From Lophium mytilinum (taxonomy: Eukaryota), in the NCBI GenBank assembly GCA_010093605.1, contig MU004192.1, forward strand, positions 1,186,882-1,250,881: a stretch of 64,000 nucleotides of DNA. Reading direction: 5' to 3'. The translations under genes and the position numbers were made by a program. The notes below the pieces were generated by a model that was not told the DNA's origin, ran no database searches, and saw only the letters and a list, made by a program, of their open reading frames with translations. Positions 50,784 to 63,485 of this stretch are shown one piece after another (position 1 is the stretch's first letter; every line of letters starts with the position of its first letter).

Positions 50784-53736
50784 CTACTCCGCACCCCCCA
50801 ACGCCGCACAAAACGCCAAATACCACGTCCGACTGGCTCCGCCATCAATCAACCCATAATCAAACCCGCTCTTCGCGAAGAAGTTATACGCCGCCTTCGG
50901 ATCTACCAGCGCGTAGTCCGCCCACAGCACGCCGCGCCAGCCACCCGCAACGCTATCCACGCGCCCGTTGCTGAAGTAAGTGTTCCATTCCTCGTTGACG
51001 AAGTCCTTGGAGCGGATATATGAGGTCGCCGGGCTGATGGGGAGCATGTGGATGCCCTGGATGAACTCAGGGGCCGTGCCGAAGTAGGTAGCGTGGTCGA
51101 CTTTGTTCTCGAAGAGGATGCCGGTGACTTTGTTGCCGATGATCTCGGCGGGCTGGTTTGTGTTGTTGGAGGCGAGGAGGAAGTAGGCGGGGAAGGTGCG
51201 TGCTTGGATGGCGAGCATGAGGTTGCCTGTCAGATGGGATTAGTATGAGTTCTAATTAGGAAGAGGCATATTCTGTGCAGTACCTCGCATCTCCATGTTC
51301 TTATCTCCTATCGCTTTCCCCCACATCTTGATACTAAGACTGGCCAAAGCGTCCTCACTCGTGCTCTCTTGGTCTTTCCCGTCGCCGCTCTCGAACAGTC
51401 CCTTCGCCCAGCTGTGGCCCATCCACCAGTCAAATGACCGGGAGAAAGGAAAGAACTGTGGGTTGTCCGTGTAGCTGTTCGCAAAGTCTTTGACCAGCAT
51501 ATTGACCCAGACCTTGTTCTGTCCATTGTTGATAGTCAACCAGGCAGGATCGAGAGTCGCGATGATAGCGGCGGCATAGACAAAATAGCCGTAGTGGAAA
51601 TGGTGGTCGTTGTAGTACGTGTTCCCGAAGTCTGCGCCGGGATCCTTGTACCCGCCCGTGGTTATCACACCTCGCCAGCTCTCATCGTACGTCAACGGCG
51701 CTGCCTGCTTGTTCTGCACAAAGCGGTCAAACTCGACTTTGAGCTTGTCGAGTGACTGCGAGTAGAGAGCTGGCTTCGGGTTGTTGGCCAGGTCGTATAG
51801 AGTCCAGACGATCATTGCGAACTTGCAGACGCCTTTGCCGCTGAAGTACATGCTGTCTAGGTTGCATTGTTTGCTCATGTCAACATTTAGCTCGTCTGCA
51901 GCTGCTGAAGAAATTGCAGAGATGGCTTTGGATGAGAGTGCGGTGCGCTTCTGATGCAACATAGAACGCTTGATCGTCATTGCTGTGGGCCCAAAATCGA
52001 TAGCCTCAGGTAGGTTGGGCTCGAGAAGCGTCATGCGATCCGCTTGAATGGCAGTCGCAAAGCCTTTGCTAGTTGTAGCAAAGCGAATTGATGTTTTGGC
52101 GGCAGCCGTTACGGGGTCAAATGAATCAACATGGTGAGGGAGCGCAAACATGATGAGAGGCTTGGAGGTGTTGCCGCCTTTGGACCATATGAAGGTATAT
52201 GATCCAGTCGTACCACCGCCGTTCTGTACAGACGCAGAGGCTGTAATGGTGGCGCCTGTGGCATAGACGCCGGCAGAACGGTCGTATATGCTTTCCTCGG
52301 CTGCACCGCTAATACAGCGGACAATTTGAATGATGCCGTTGAAGTGGGCAGGCCCCAAAAAGGTGGTATTCGGCTTAGAAGGGTCTCTCTGGAAGCCAGC
52401 TGAGTTGTAGGTTCCATTGGGGGTCACATAGATGAGCCATGTGTTATTGTCTTCAAGGAGCACTCGATACTTGACTGTTGAGCCCATTGTAATGGGTGCA
52501 TCGATGGTGCGGTATTGCACGTGGCTCTGTATAGACGGAGTAGCTCCTTTATACACTCCCGTGATCATTCCAGCTCCTTGGACCACAGGGACTGTGATGA
52601 GCGGACTTGCGCCAGCGGCTGGACAAAGATTTGCGTTCACGGTCAGGGCTTGGTGATTATCGGTTGTTAGGGTCGTAGAAGGTCCCAGTTCAGTGGCGGA
52701 TAGGATCATGGAGTGTATGCCGATAGGATTGAGGTAGTATTGATGCGGAATACCGTCAGGGCTGAAGACAATCTGCCTCCGGTCAAGCTGAACAATCCCC
52801 ATACCCCAGCTTTGTGCATTCCCTCCGCCATGGACCCATTGCAGCGAGTAGGGGTGAGTCCACACAGGTTGGGTCTGGCTTCCAAGAAACCAGTTTGCGT
52901 AGAACTTGTTCGTTTGGAGTGGCCTGTTGAGATCCCCGACCATGTTCGTCCGGGGAGCCGGGTGGGAGGCATTATGAGGGATCTGAGGCGGGGCCGGGCT
53001 ACCATCGATGAGGGTGAACAGATTGTCGGAAGCCATGGCGGACTTTCGGGTTGTTTGAGATGCTAGCGGTGTGCTCTTGCTGATTGAGGAAGGAGAAAGA
53101 TGAGTACTAGATGTCGAGGTTGAAGGAGAAGTAATAGAAGCAGAGGATGTAGTGTTGATGGTAAAGTTGGAGCTTGAGAAAGAGAGATCACTCGTAGGGA
53201 TAGTCTAAGAAGGCGCGAAGTGTCAGTTTGATTCGCTATACGTGGCGCATCAGCGCCGATGAGAAGCCACGAAGTAACCCGGGGCAAAACCACGCATTGT
53301 CTTGCTGTAGCAACAGTGAATGCATAATCCAGAGAGAGAGCCATCTCGCACATTTCTGATGTCGGACGCAATAATCCACGCTATTCCAAAGAGCTCACAG
53401 TGTATTCGTATGAGACCACCGTAACGCAGTACTTAACTCTAAAAAACATGTCCTACTCACAGTTGCCTTATACTTCTCAGTACTCGTCGTCCTTGAAGGC
53501 TGTTTCGAAGTCGAAATCGAGCCCGTCCACTCACACAGAATGCTCCCAGATCCACACGTCGGAATCAACTTCGTTGTTTTAGACTCACAAATCGTAGTCC
53601 TTGCAACCACAGTCGTCGTAACTCTAACGTATGCCTCGTCGTCCAGGAGTGGATACGCAGATATGCTAGCGACCTGCGCCAATATCAGTACGAATGCGCC
53701 AGAAAACATGGCTCGCCGCGTCTTTCTGAAAACCAT
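50784..53736 (-). CDS. GH81 endo-1,3-beta-glucanase (Eng1/Acf2 family), secreted
   Basis: PLQTNKFY, YNDHHFHYGY, GKDQESTSED and GIHMLP motifs. Upstream signal-peptide and Ser/Thr-rich exons; 5' exon structure approximate. Confidence 0.9.
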
Positions 53737-54942
53737 GACGTTCTAGAAGAAGGAAAAAGTCTGAAAAAAATATGATGGTTTCAACTGATATTAGAACAGA
53801 GCATTCGCTCGTTCACACCATCATCCGTTTCCACCGTCTCCATCCTTCTTAACGAAGCCCCAGCAACGAGGGCTAGCATCGTGTGATAGAAACTCCGTAG
53901 AAGCATGACATCTTCTGCACGAGCGAAAGAAGACACCATGGTCATCCTCTCTTCACACATGAAGGTCTCAAAACTCCTGAGAGATGAAATGGATAACAAA
54001 GAGATGCCAGCCATCGCCTCTTTGCCCATGAATGAGAGACTGGGGTCTCGCCGCCGTGCAAGGGATATGAGCGGCTCTGTATTTACCTTGTGATGTGTGT
54101 TGCGTGCCGGGATGCCGGAGTGTCGGAGGACATGTACCTGCTAGACAAAATGCAGCGTGCGTTGCAGACGCAGGTGGTCCACAGTAGTGGGTCTGGAACA
54201 ACGGTTTTTATATCCGGGCAGTCATGGTAACTTTGTCAGTTGCCGGTCTAGCTGAAGAAGCTTAAATGAAGCAGCCATCTACAGAGCTGGTGTTGATAGC
54301 ATCGGCGGCGCTAATCATTGAGACAATGGTTTTTCGCGAAGTTCCATCATTAGCAGCGTTTAGTAAAGCCCACCTCCTTCGGTAGTTGCAAGGCTTGATG
54401 GCGAGTGAGAGGGTGGGAATGGTTTTGATGAGGTGTGGTTGACTCCCTTGCCCCCAGGTTTCACGGCCCGAAGCGAATCGCGGCTCGCAGGGCTGGGTCA
54501 GTTGATGGTGTCGCTCTCCAGGATTCGTGCTGCAGCTGACGATGCGAGCCGGGGAGCCGACTGTGATGCAGACTTGGAGGTTGGTCATGAAACGCCATGA
54601 CGGATGATGAAGGTTGTCATGGGATGTGGAGTAGTAGCGCAAGGTGGAGTTGAGATCTGACGACCCTAAACCCCGATGTCCCGCCGCCAAGGGCTATTGC
54701 ATATATTGATATGGCAGATTTGGTTTCAGCATTTGTCAACTAGAAATTCCTTGGAAAAGGAATGTTAGAGGACTTCTATCTACACCGCGAAGACTTGCAT
54801 TTCTACACTTCAAGACCCGCTGATTTTGAGAGACCATGGACGTGGTACAGCGCAGCTAGCCTGTCAGCTGTGTATACATAGATCTATGTACTACGTTTGC
54901 CACAAAGAAACTCGTTTCATCAAACAGCAAAAAACGACCGCC

Positions 54943-57900
54943 TTAGACCATGGGTTTCTCCATCGGCAAAATAATGCCCTGCTTGATCAAAACCCGTGGC
55001 TTCGTACTGTCCTGGAACACACTCTTCGTGCTCCACTCCGGGCCCAGCGGCATGCGCAAACTACGCTCGTACTGCGCCTTGCTCTCGAACGGATGCGGTA
55101 GAATGGGCGCCAGGTATTTGGAGGTCTTCTTTACACGCTTCTCGTTGATGATGACTCGTTCTAGCTTGGCATCTTTGCGATCTTTGGCTTTGATACCGGC
55201 TTGCTTGGTTAGCCAACGGCCTTTGTTACGGGCTTGTTGCCTCGCGTTGACGCCTTCGCCGACCCAGTTGCCCCATCCAGGGAGAGTATTGTCGACGATC
55301 TTGTCGTCCTCGTCAACGATGGCTGCCTTCTTTTCTTCTGCAAATTGGGCGTCGACATCGTCGCCAGCAAAGCCTTTGGCTGTGAGCTCTTGGTTACGCT
55401 GCACGAAAGGGAGGTTCACAAGGCCATCATCTGAGTCTTCTTGATCTGAGTTGACACCGTCGTTGCGGTAGGTGACGGTTTGCCAGCCGTCGGCGTCAGC
55501 TGCGCTGATAGAAGCGGCGGGTGGCTTGCGGCTTGACGCCTTCTTAGAGTCAGATTTACTAGTCTTACTTTGCGGGCCGCCCTTAACAATCTCTTTTACT
55601 TGGGATGAACGCTTAGCCTTTTGGTCCTTGACTGGTGCCGAAAGGAAAGGGTTTACCACCAGGGCAGCATCAGAAGAGGCGTCTGTGGTGGGCTTGGACT
55701 TTTTACTTTTGGCGGTTGCTGCAAGATATGGGTTGCTTGTTGGTGCATCATCCTCGGAATCAAGTCTAGTCGACTGGTATCCAGCTTTCTTTCCAGCTGA
55801 TCTTGTCTTTCCAGACCTCGAATTCCCAGGCCTGTCGAGAATGACATCCAGTTCATCGTCCTCAATTTCATCACCTGATCCCGGTTTCTCCTCGAAATCG
55901 TTCAAAGGCTGTCGTTTCGATTTGGATGGCAGTGACACGGGCCCGAACTTCCTTCGGCCTTTGCTAGCAAGCCTCTCATCTTCCTCATCACTCTGTGCCT
56001 CTTCACCAGCTAGCTCCCGTCGGATACGCTCGATATCTTCGTCATTCCTAGCTTTTCGAGCCTGCTCTGCCTTTTGCATGAACATCATTGATCCTAACTT
56101 AAAACTGTCTTCGGCAATCCTGTTGCCCTCGAGTCGATCAAGCTGACGGCGCAGTCTGCGGTTTTCCGCCTCTTCTTCATCTACATCATCATCTTCCTCG
56201 TCGTCCTCGCTGCTGAGATCTGAATTATCGTGGTCTTCATCGTGAACTTCCTTCCCCTCAATGCGTCTCCTCAGTTCCTCGTTCCGTCTAGCCATTTCAG
56301 TCACACCAGCACGAGCGTCATCATCCCAGACACCTCTCCCACTCTTTTTGACACCTTTAGCCCACTTGCTGTCGCGGTGCTTGGAGCCCATTCGTTCCTC
56401 AGCTCGACGGCGGTCGTTATACTCGCGCTCGTCCTCCGAGACATCGACACCATCAGCAGCGAGCGCATCTTTCTCCCTTTGGGCGTCCCGCTCGCGCTCC
56501 CTCCTATGCACTCGCCTATACGACTTGCTCTTTATCTTCTTGACGCGTTTGGCTCTGATCTCCTCGCGGAACATTAGCTCTCGGACTCTGCGAAGCTCCT
56601 TTCGTCGCTTAGCGACCTCCTCTAGGGGTAATTTGTTCGTCTCTAGTTCTTCGAACTCGCGTATCTTTTCTTCTTCAGACTTTCCAGACTTAGAAGCCAG
56701 CCCACTCTCGACTAATATAGACTGTATAGTACTCTCTAAGTCGTTCATTGGAGCCATTTGGGCTGTCGGAATCATTTGATTCGTCCCCATAGGAATACCC
56801 GCGTCAGGGTCTTGCAGTGGGAAGGAGATATGCTCCGCGCGACGATTTTGCTTTACTGTATCAACCCATCGACTGAGGGTTTGGTTGGCTTCCTTGTTTG
56901 CTGCTACGCGGTTGAGGCGATCTTGTTGGCGTTTGGGTAGAGGGGCGTCCAGCTTCCCAGAGATATCATTCCGCTTTGATGGTTTGGCGTCATCTCTTAG
57001 CCGTTTCTTCAGCGTCTTCCGAGTTTCAGCGTCGGCATTGGCCATGAGCAGGTCTAGGTCGAGAGTCTGAGAGCCCGAGGGGCCAGTCTCTGCCACTCTT
57101 GCAGACTCGTTTAGATCAAATCGCCGAGGGCCTTTAGAAACAGGCGCCTCGTCTGGATGTAGTGATGCAATCAAGTCTTGCAACTTGTCCGCCGCGTCTT
57201 CGTCCTCCTCATCCTCGCCGTCTTCGCCGGATACATCGAGGTCGTCTAGGCCGTTTGCATCCAGATCGTCCTCGTCACTAGGCTCGTCCTCGCTTTCTTG
57301 CTGATGTGATCGCCGTTTCGACTTCTTCTCTTTCCGCTCTGTCTCGTCCTCTACGTACTGGTCAAGTGCAGTAGCCAGGTCGATCGCGTCGTCTCCAAGG
57401 CTCTCGTCGTCGCTCTCGCCCTCGTCCGAAGCTTCCTCGTCGAGATCTAAATCCATATCTTCATCCACCTCCCTCGCCTTGCCCTTCCCCTTGCCCTGGT
57501 ATGCAGCCTTATCTCCTCCGCTTTTATTCTGCGTCGTAGACGACCCTCGGAAAGTCCACCCAGCAAACCTCTCCTCATCACTCTCCCCAAATGCCTCGTC
57601 GGAGTCAATATCCGAGTCATCATCGTCGTCTAGATCCACATGGCCCATCTGCCATTCATTCCCCTCGCTATCACTGCCCTCATCGACCTCATCCTCATCT
57701 TGCCCACGCTTCGCACGCTTGGGATTTTCTTCCTCTTCGCCTTCCTCCTCCTCCTCGTCGTGAGGACGTTTGCGACGAGTGGGCACACCATCGGGCTCTA
57801 GCTCCCCGAGTCTGTTCTTGCGAATCTTGGTGCGTTCGGGTGCCTCGCGGCCGGCGATAGCGAAGGCATTGAGGCTGCGTTTTGCGGCTTTGGTCTTGTT

Positions 57901-57963
57901 ACGTTGAGGCTTTCCTTTCGGTTTTGAGCTCGGGATAGAGCTGCGGGATATTCGGGGAGGCAT
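54943..57963 (-). CDS. UTP14: U3 snoRNA-associated protein 14 (SSU processome)
   Basis: KIKSKSYRRVHR, RAEERM..KH..SKWAK, LPGWGNW and PFESKAQYERSLRMPLGPEW motifs; single exon. Confidence 0.95.
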   Translation of the reverse strand: MPPRISRSSIPSSKPKGKPQRNKTKAAKRSLNAFAIAGREAPERTKIRKNRLGELEPDGVPTRRKRPHDEEEEEGEEEENPKRAKRGQDEDEVDEGSDSEGNEWQMGHVDLDDDDDSDIDSDEAFGESDEERFAGWTFRGSSTTQNKSGGDKAAYQGKGKGKAREVDEDMDLDLDEEASDEGESDDESLGDDAIDLATALDQYVEDETERKEKKSKRRSHQQESEDEPSDEDDLDANGLDDLDVSGEDGEDEEDEDAADKLQDLIASLHPDEAPVSKGPRRFDLNESARVAETGPSGSQTLDLDLLMANADAETRKTLKKRLRDDAKPSKRNDISGKLDAPLPKRQQDRLNRVAANKEANQTLSRWVDTVKQNRRAEHISFPLQDPDAGIPMGTNQMIPTAQMAPMNDLESTIQSILVESGLASKSGKSEEEKIREFEELETNKLPLEEVAKRRKELRRVRELMFREEIRAKRVKKIKSKSYRRVHRRERERDAQREKDALAADGVDVSEDEREYNDRRRAEERMGSKHRDSKWAKGVKKSGRGVWDDDARAGVTEMARRNEELRRRIEGKEVHDEDHDNSDLSSEDDEEDDDVDEEEAENRRLRRQLDRLEGNRIAEDSFKLGSMMFMQKAEQARKARNDEDIERIRRELAGEEAQSDEEDERLASKGRRKFGPVSLPSKSKRQPLNDFEEKPGSGDEIEDDELDVILDRPGNSRSGKTRSAGKKAGYQSTRLDSEDDAPTSNPYLAATAKSKKSKPTTDASSDAALVVNPFLSAPVKDQKAKRSSQVKEIVKGGPQSKTSKSDSKKASSRKPPAASISAADADGWQTVTYRNDGVNSDQEDSDDGLVNLPFVQRNQELTAKGFAGDDVDAQFAEEKKAAIVDEDDKIVDNTLPGWGNWVGEGVNARQQARNKGRWLTKQAGIKAKDRKDAKLERVIINEKRVKKTSKYLAPILPHPFESKAQYERSLRMPLGPEWSTKSVFQDSTKPRVLIKQGIILPMEKPMV

Positions 57964-58160
57964 TCTGGGGTCTCTACTCGTTGTTTAGACGCAGGAGTAG
58001 AGTTGTGAAGTGGTGATGTTTTTGGAGGGGATTTTTGGGCTCGAAATCTTGGCAACACATTTTTTCTGCCACCGCTCACGTGCTGGCTTCGCGATGGATT
58101 CAACTCACGCCGAACTTCAACAGTAACCCTGGAGATATCAGCAATCGCATCACATCATCA

Positions 58161-58531
58161 ATGCAGCCGACACCCATCCTCCAGCGTGCTTTGCGCCGCC
58201 TCCAACTTACCACCAAGCAAGCGGGCAAGGACTACTACAAGGGCAACCGCGTGGGATCGCATGGACGGCACACGAAGCACGGCAAATACGTTATTGAGTG
58301 GCAGAAGGTGCGGACGTACGTGTGTCCGAGAGACTTGGAGAAGAGCAGTGTAAGCGCATCTCATTGCACCCACATGTGTTTGAAAGAGGATAGTTGCTGA
58401 TTCGGGAATAGCTATCGCCTTTCGTCGCGACTCGCATCGAAATAGAACGGGGCACATTTGCCGGTACGAAGGGGCCAATGGACGGAGCTGTGTACTTAGA
58501 GAGGTGGAAGGCGGAGAATGGACAGGACTAG
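58161..58531 (+). CDS. MRPL27: Mitochondrial ribosomal protein mL41 (YmL27)
   Basis: [41 protein letters not shown]; intron ~58350-58411; exon 2 LSPFV...ENGQD*. Confidence 0.9.
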
Positions 58532-58998
58532 AGGCCTTGCATGCGATTTCGCCCACCTGGGAGATTAAGAAGGCAGAGCGTGGGCAGTTGGTCAAGATGT
58601 TGGGTGTCATCTGGGGCGAGGAGAGTCAGACAAGGCCTCGAAGTCTTGAAGACGGAGGTGTATTATATGGGCATGCGGAGGCGTTTATTGTACGATATGT
58701 ACAACGAAAGGATGTACCAAAAATGGACCAAAGTCTGGTTGCTTCCGGGCTTGAAAGCACGCGGCATGGACCCTCGACGTATGCTTCTTGCATATGCATT
58801 CTCTAAATTCTACCACGGCCAGAATGATAGTCTCTTTCTATTCTACTTTCTTGATCCTCCTCAAAGTTCACTGAAGGCGAGTCAAATGATCCCAGCTCCC
58901 AAAGAGCCCTAGCGCAGATCCAATATCAGCAATCAGGCCATTTCTTACCGAACTTTCACCCCTCATCGGACCTCTAAAACTCACAAAAATCACCAACA

Positions 58999-60491
58999 AT
59001 GCCACCCAAAAAAGCAGTCGAGGACACCTCAAAAAATGTCGTTGCCTTCGGGCGCGTCAAGAACACCCTGAAAATGGGCTGTGTCGGCCTCCCCAACGTT
59101 GGCAAGAGTTCTCTATTCAATTTGTTGACGGAACAAAGTGCCAGTGCAGAAAATTACCCTTTCTGCACTATTGAGCCAAACGAGGCGAGATGTCCGGTTC
59201 CCGATGAACAATATGTAAAACTACCGATGGTCTATCATGAAATTTTACTAACGATATTGGGAAGGACTTCCTTTGCGACATCTGGAAGCCCCCCTCGCAG
59301 TACCCGGCCTACCTCCACGTGACCGACATCGCTGGCTTGATCAAAGGTGCTTCGGAAGGCCAAGGTCTCGGAAACGCCTTTCTCTCGCACATTCAAGCTG
59401 TCGATGGCATGTTTCATGTTGTTCGAGCTTTTGATAACGACGAAGTATTGCACGTGGACGATTCAGTCGATCCAATCCGCGATCTTAACACCATCCAAAG
59501 CGAGCTTTGCAAAAAGGATCTGGATATTCTTCAAAAGACGAAGATCGCCGAGGAAGCCACGGTGAGGAAGGCAGGGGGTAAATTCAAGATGCTTCCGCTT
59601 TTCGATGAGACGACGGCGAAGATCAAGACGGTATGACTTTCTTAAAAATATCCATCCCAGCCAAATGAAGACTCTAAGCTGAGACCCCAAATAGATGCTC
59701 GAAGCTGACAAGCCTGTTCGCGACGGCTCCTGGACAACTGCTGAGATTGAATTGATTAACGAAAAAGTTTGTTGATTCCAACTTCCCCTCCATCCCCTGA
59801 GTGTCTACCACACATGAACCTTCGCCTCAAAGCGATCCATGTCCGCTCACCACTTATCATCCCGCTAACCCCCTCAAGATCCGTCTCATAACCACAAAAC
59901 CAGTCCTCTACCTCGTCAACCTCAGCATGAAAGACTATCTACGTCAGAAAAACAAGTACCTTTCTAGCATCGTCAAATGGGTAACCGAACACGGCGGCCA
60001 GCCCACCGACGTGATCGCCTTCTCCGTCGAGTACGAGCAGAAAGTCTGGAACTTGCGCGAAGACCCTGAAGCCCTCGCCGCATTCCACGCCGAGAACAAG
60101 GTCAAGTCCCGCATCAACAAGATCGTGACGCAGGGCTTCACGAAGCTAGGATTGCAGTATTACTTCACGGCCGGCGAGAAGGAGGTTAGATGCTGGGTGA
60201 TTCAGAAAGGAACGCTGGCGCCGCAGGCAGCGGGAGTTATTCATGGGGATTTTGAACGCGGGTTTATTAAGGCGGAGGTGGTGGCGTATCAGGATTTCCA
60301 TGATTTGTGTGAGGGCGGGAAGAGCATGGGGCCGATTAAAGCGGCGGGGAAGTTTAGACAGGAGGGGAAGACGTATGTGGTTCAGGGTGGAGATATCATT
60401 CATTTCCAGTTCAGTAAGTCTATGTTCCTGGTATTTCTGACGAGGACGATGCTGATTTGTGGTAGATGTTGCGCCGCCGAAGAAGAAGTGA
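58999..60491 (+). CDS. OLA1: Obg-like ATPase (OLA1/YchF family)
   Basis: [37 protein letters not shown] and [10 protein letters not shown] motifs. 4 introns; ends VAPPKKK*. Confidence 0.9.
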
Positions 60492-60752
60492 TCGTGCGGA
60501 GTCTTGTGTCCGGCTTTCGAAATTATTACAGCTTTAGAGCTAGAATAGATATAGAGCAATGCTTACCGCCCAATGTAATGAGTTTTTGTTCCTCGCAGTG
60601 ACTACCCCGGACTCCGAAATTCAATTTGGCCACCGGTATGTACAAACCAAGGGGAATTACAAGAGGGTCGATGCCGGGTATACACACATCCAAGAACCCT
60701 CTTCAGACGTGCCCACAACCCTACCACTACTCTCTTCTTCAACCACCCCCAC

Positions 60753-62584
60753 CTACTCCATGTCATTCCAAACCCTCCCGAACCTATCCTCCCTCGGCAC
60801 CATGCCCGGCCCCGACCAAGTATACCCCGTCCCCCTATCCGTCGTATTCATGCCCCCCTGCGCCCCCCAGATCTGCTCCATTTTCTCCCGCGTCGGCGTC
60901 TTCTTCTTCCCTTCCTTAATCCGCAGCTTCTCGAAAAACACATAGCTCGCGTAGTACACGCAGCTCGTATTGCCGCGGTCTGCGCCCTTCTTACTGCGGA
61001 AGTCGGTCAGTTGCTTAGACTGGATTTTGCGGTCGGACTTGTGGTACTGCGCCATGAGGTCGCGCAGGAAGCCGGCTTGGGTGACGCCGTCTTTTTTGAG
61101 GTGGAGGTTGATTTTGCGGCGGATTTCGTCGCAGGTATCTGTGAATCATCATTAGCAATATCCCTAAGCGCGCACCTCATGACTCTTACCGTATATGTCA
61201 ACAGCGTCAGTCTCCTCGCCTGGTATGGATACAGAAGCGACATTGTTGGACGCAGCGGCAGCGGCAACGGTGGTAGCAGGGGCTGTGGTGCGTTTCTTCT
61301 TAGGGGCCGGAATGCCCTTCAGCTCCCGCTTCTTGAAAAACTCCCACGCGGCCTCGTAGGCGGCGAAGCCGGAGCCTTTGTAGGTACCGCTCTGGCTCAT
61401 GAAGCCGTTGTAGGACTTGTTGGAGACGCCGATCGCGTTGCAGAATTCGCCGATCTTCATTTCGCCGGAGTCGATGAAATTGCGGATTTTTCGTCTATTT
61501 TGAAGTGTGAGTCAGTCTTGTAGCTATACATATATGCTAGACAGTGATGGCGTACCTCACGACATCGCAGCTGTCCAGGGGTATGCCGTGGAGGTCGGTC
61601 TCGCTATCGAATTCGTCCTCGTCAACTTCTACAATGCCTCGCTTCCCTTTCGTGCTTTGTGACGTCTACGCTGCAGTTAGATACTGTTGTGTAGGTATTC
61701 GATATAAATGGCTTACCGGTTCGGTCAACTCTTGTTCCCATTTCAGGAGTTGCTCATAGGCTGATTTGAAGACTGGCGAATCTTCTGGCACGTTTCTGAC
61801 CGTAGCCCAATGCTTGTAGACAGTAGTCATGAATTGATGCTTATCGACGCCTTTAGGAGCTTTGGCACTGCTGGGCAGCATAAGCCGTGGATATTTCCGA
61901 TAGCCTTCATGTATGTCTAAGGGCACATGTGGCTTAGGTTTCAGCTCCTGCGTCAATCTAGCGAGTTCATCATGGGCTACGCTGAAGTCCGGCGAGTCTA
62001 CCCGCGCCTTTAGGAGCTGGTTCCAGGCGTTCTGGACTCTACCTGCATGATTCTGCTTCTCGTCGCCCAGGTGTATCATCTTCAAAACAGCGCTGTAGGT
62101 TATGAGATGTGGGTATTTTCGCTTGCCTTCTTCGAAGGATATAATTTGTTGAGGGTTCTCCTTGTGTGCTTTCTCTTCTTCATTGAGCTCTTTTGACAGC
62201 TTGGCGAGCTGCTCGCTGGCCGCTATGTGGTCTTGTGAGGTCTTCGGACTCCCCTGCATTTTCATCCACAGCTTGGCGACTTGGTCTTTGGTCTTCTCTT
62301 TCTCTGCCTGTATAAGGCAGGTGAGCTGCATAACATCGTATGGTTCCAGGAGCTGCGGGGCAGCCTGCGGTTTTATCGTCTTGACATTTGAGGAGGGCTT
62401 CTCGCCAATGGGGTCCACTCGAATTATTTGCACAGCGCGGTTGGGATCGATAGGTCCCAGAACGGGACCGTGGTGGGCAACGGGTTTAGGGGGAATAGTG
62501 TTGTCCTAGCATAGTAGTCAGCGATCAGATATTCTACGCGTCTGGAGCTCATAGAGTGTATATATTTACCACAGGCCTGGACAT
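60753..62584 (-). CDS. Fungal protein with three N-terminal helical repeats and two C-terminal HTH-like repeats (DUF7726-type, recalled)
   Basis: Spliced MSRPV|DNTIPP start. The C-terminal duplicated module is CDVVRRKIRNFIDSGEMKIGEF... / CDEIRRKINLHLKKDGVTQAGFLR...YYASYVFFEKLRI. 4 introns. Confidence 0.72.
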
Positions 62585-62850
62585 TTTCAACTGCTTGTCG
62601 TGCTCTGTGGATGATTTGTGGAATCTTTCTTGAAAAATGGTGGGGGATGTGATGCAGGGCGCGTAAGGGGTGAAAGAAAGGTTGATATCCTGACCCTGTC
62701 ATTGGCAACGCGTCCGCAAATGTTTAGGTCTCGGTCCAATCATACGCGTAAATGACCGAGGTCACGTGGGAAATTGAGATCGCCAACCAATGCTCCACAG
62801 TTGTCGTTACTCAGCGGATTCTCAGCCCATCTCCGTTTCATCCCGGTGTA

Positions 62851-63085
62851 CGAAGGACTTCGTTTTTTTTGATGCACCACCCAACGAACATCGACAACTT
62901 TAACACCTGCGCGCAAGTCCACCACAACTCAAAATTGTTTCTAGTCTCTTGACCCTGGTACAGTTTTAAACGCTTAAGAAATCGCACTCTTTCGATCGTG
63001 TTAATTGGGGCGGTTGTAGGTGTTGTTAGCTGTCAAAGCTACTGTGGGGTCTTCGCTTGTGCATCAAAAAAAACGAACTCCTTCG
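62851..63085. mobile_element. 235-bp MITE, Tc1/mariner-type
   Basis: 27-bp TIRs CGAAGGA(C/G)TTCGTTTTTTTTGATGCAC (26/27 identical), flanked by TA at 62849-62850 and 63086-63087; no coding capacity. Confidence 0.85.
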
Positions 63086-63485
63086 TATCGGTGACGAAGT
63101 CAGCACGTTGTTCCTTTCATTCATCATAGCCGGCTTGACATGTATATGATCGAGTAAATGGGATCCAAGACCTCCTCTAGAAGCTCCGTGGCTTATAATT
63201 CATCATCTATTCCCCAAGAATGGGGCTACCCATGAGACTACTACAAAGGCAGACCGCGTATAGGTGTCCTAGTTATCACGGATGCTCAACATGAGACTAT
63301 GAGAAGAAATATAGCCCAACTTCACCGATGCAGAATCATCACTAGTTTCGGAAACAAACATTACAAGGAGTATCTCAACGACCTCATGACATTCATTCTC
63401 TTCTACAGACACAGTACGATCTGACGCCCATGCGATCAACACTACCAGATCAGATTTTCGAAATATAACTCCCACCAGAATCAAA

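Noticed and set aside
54950..57860. Long + strand ORFs opposite UTP14 (likewise opposite the thiolase and the glycosyltransferase)
   Set aside because: These are antisense shadows of codon-biased real genes.
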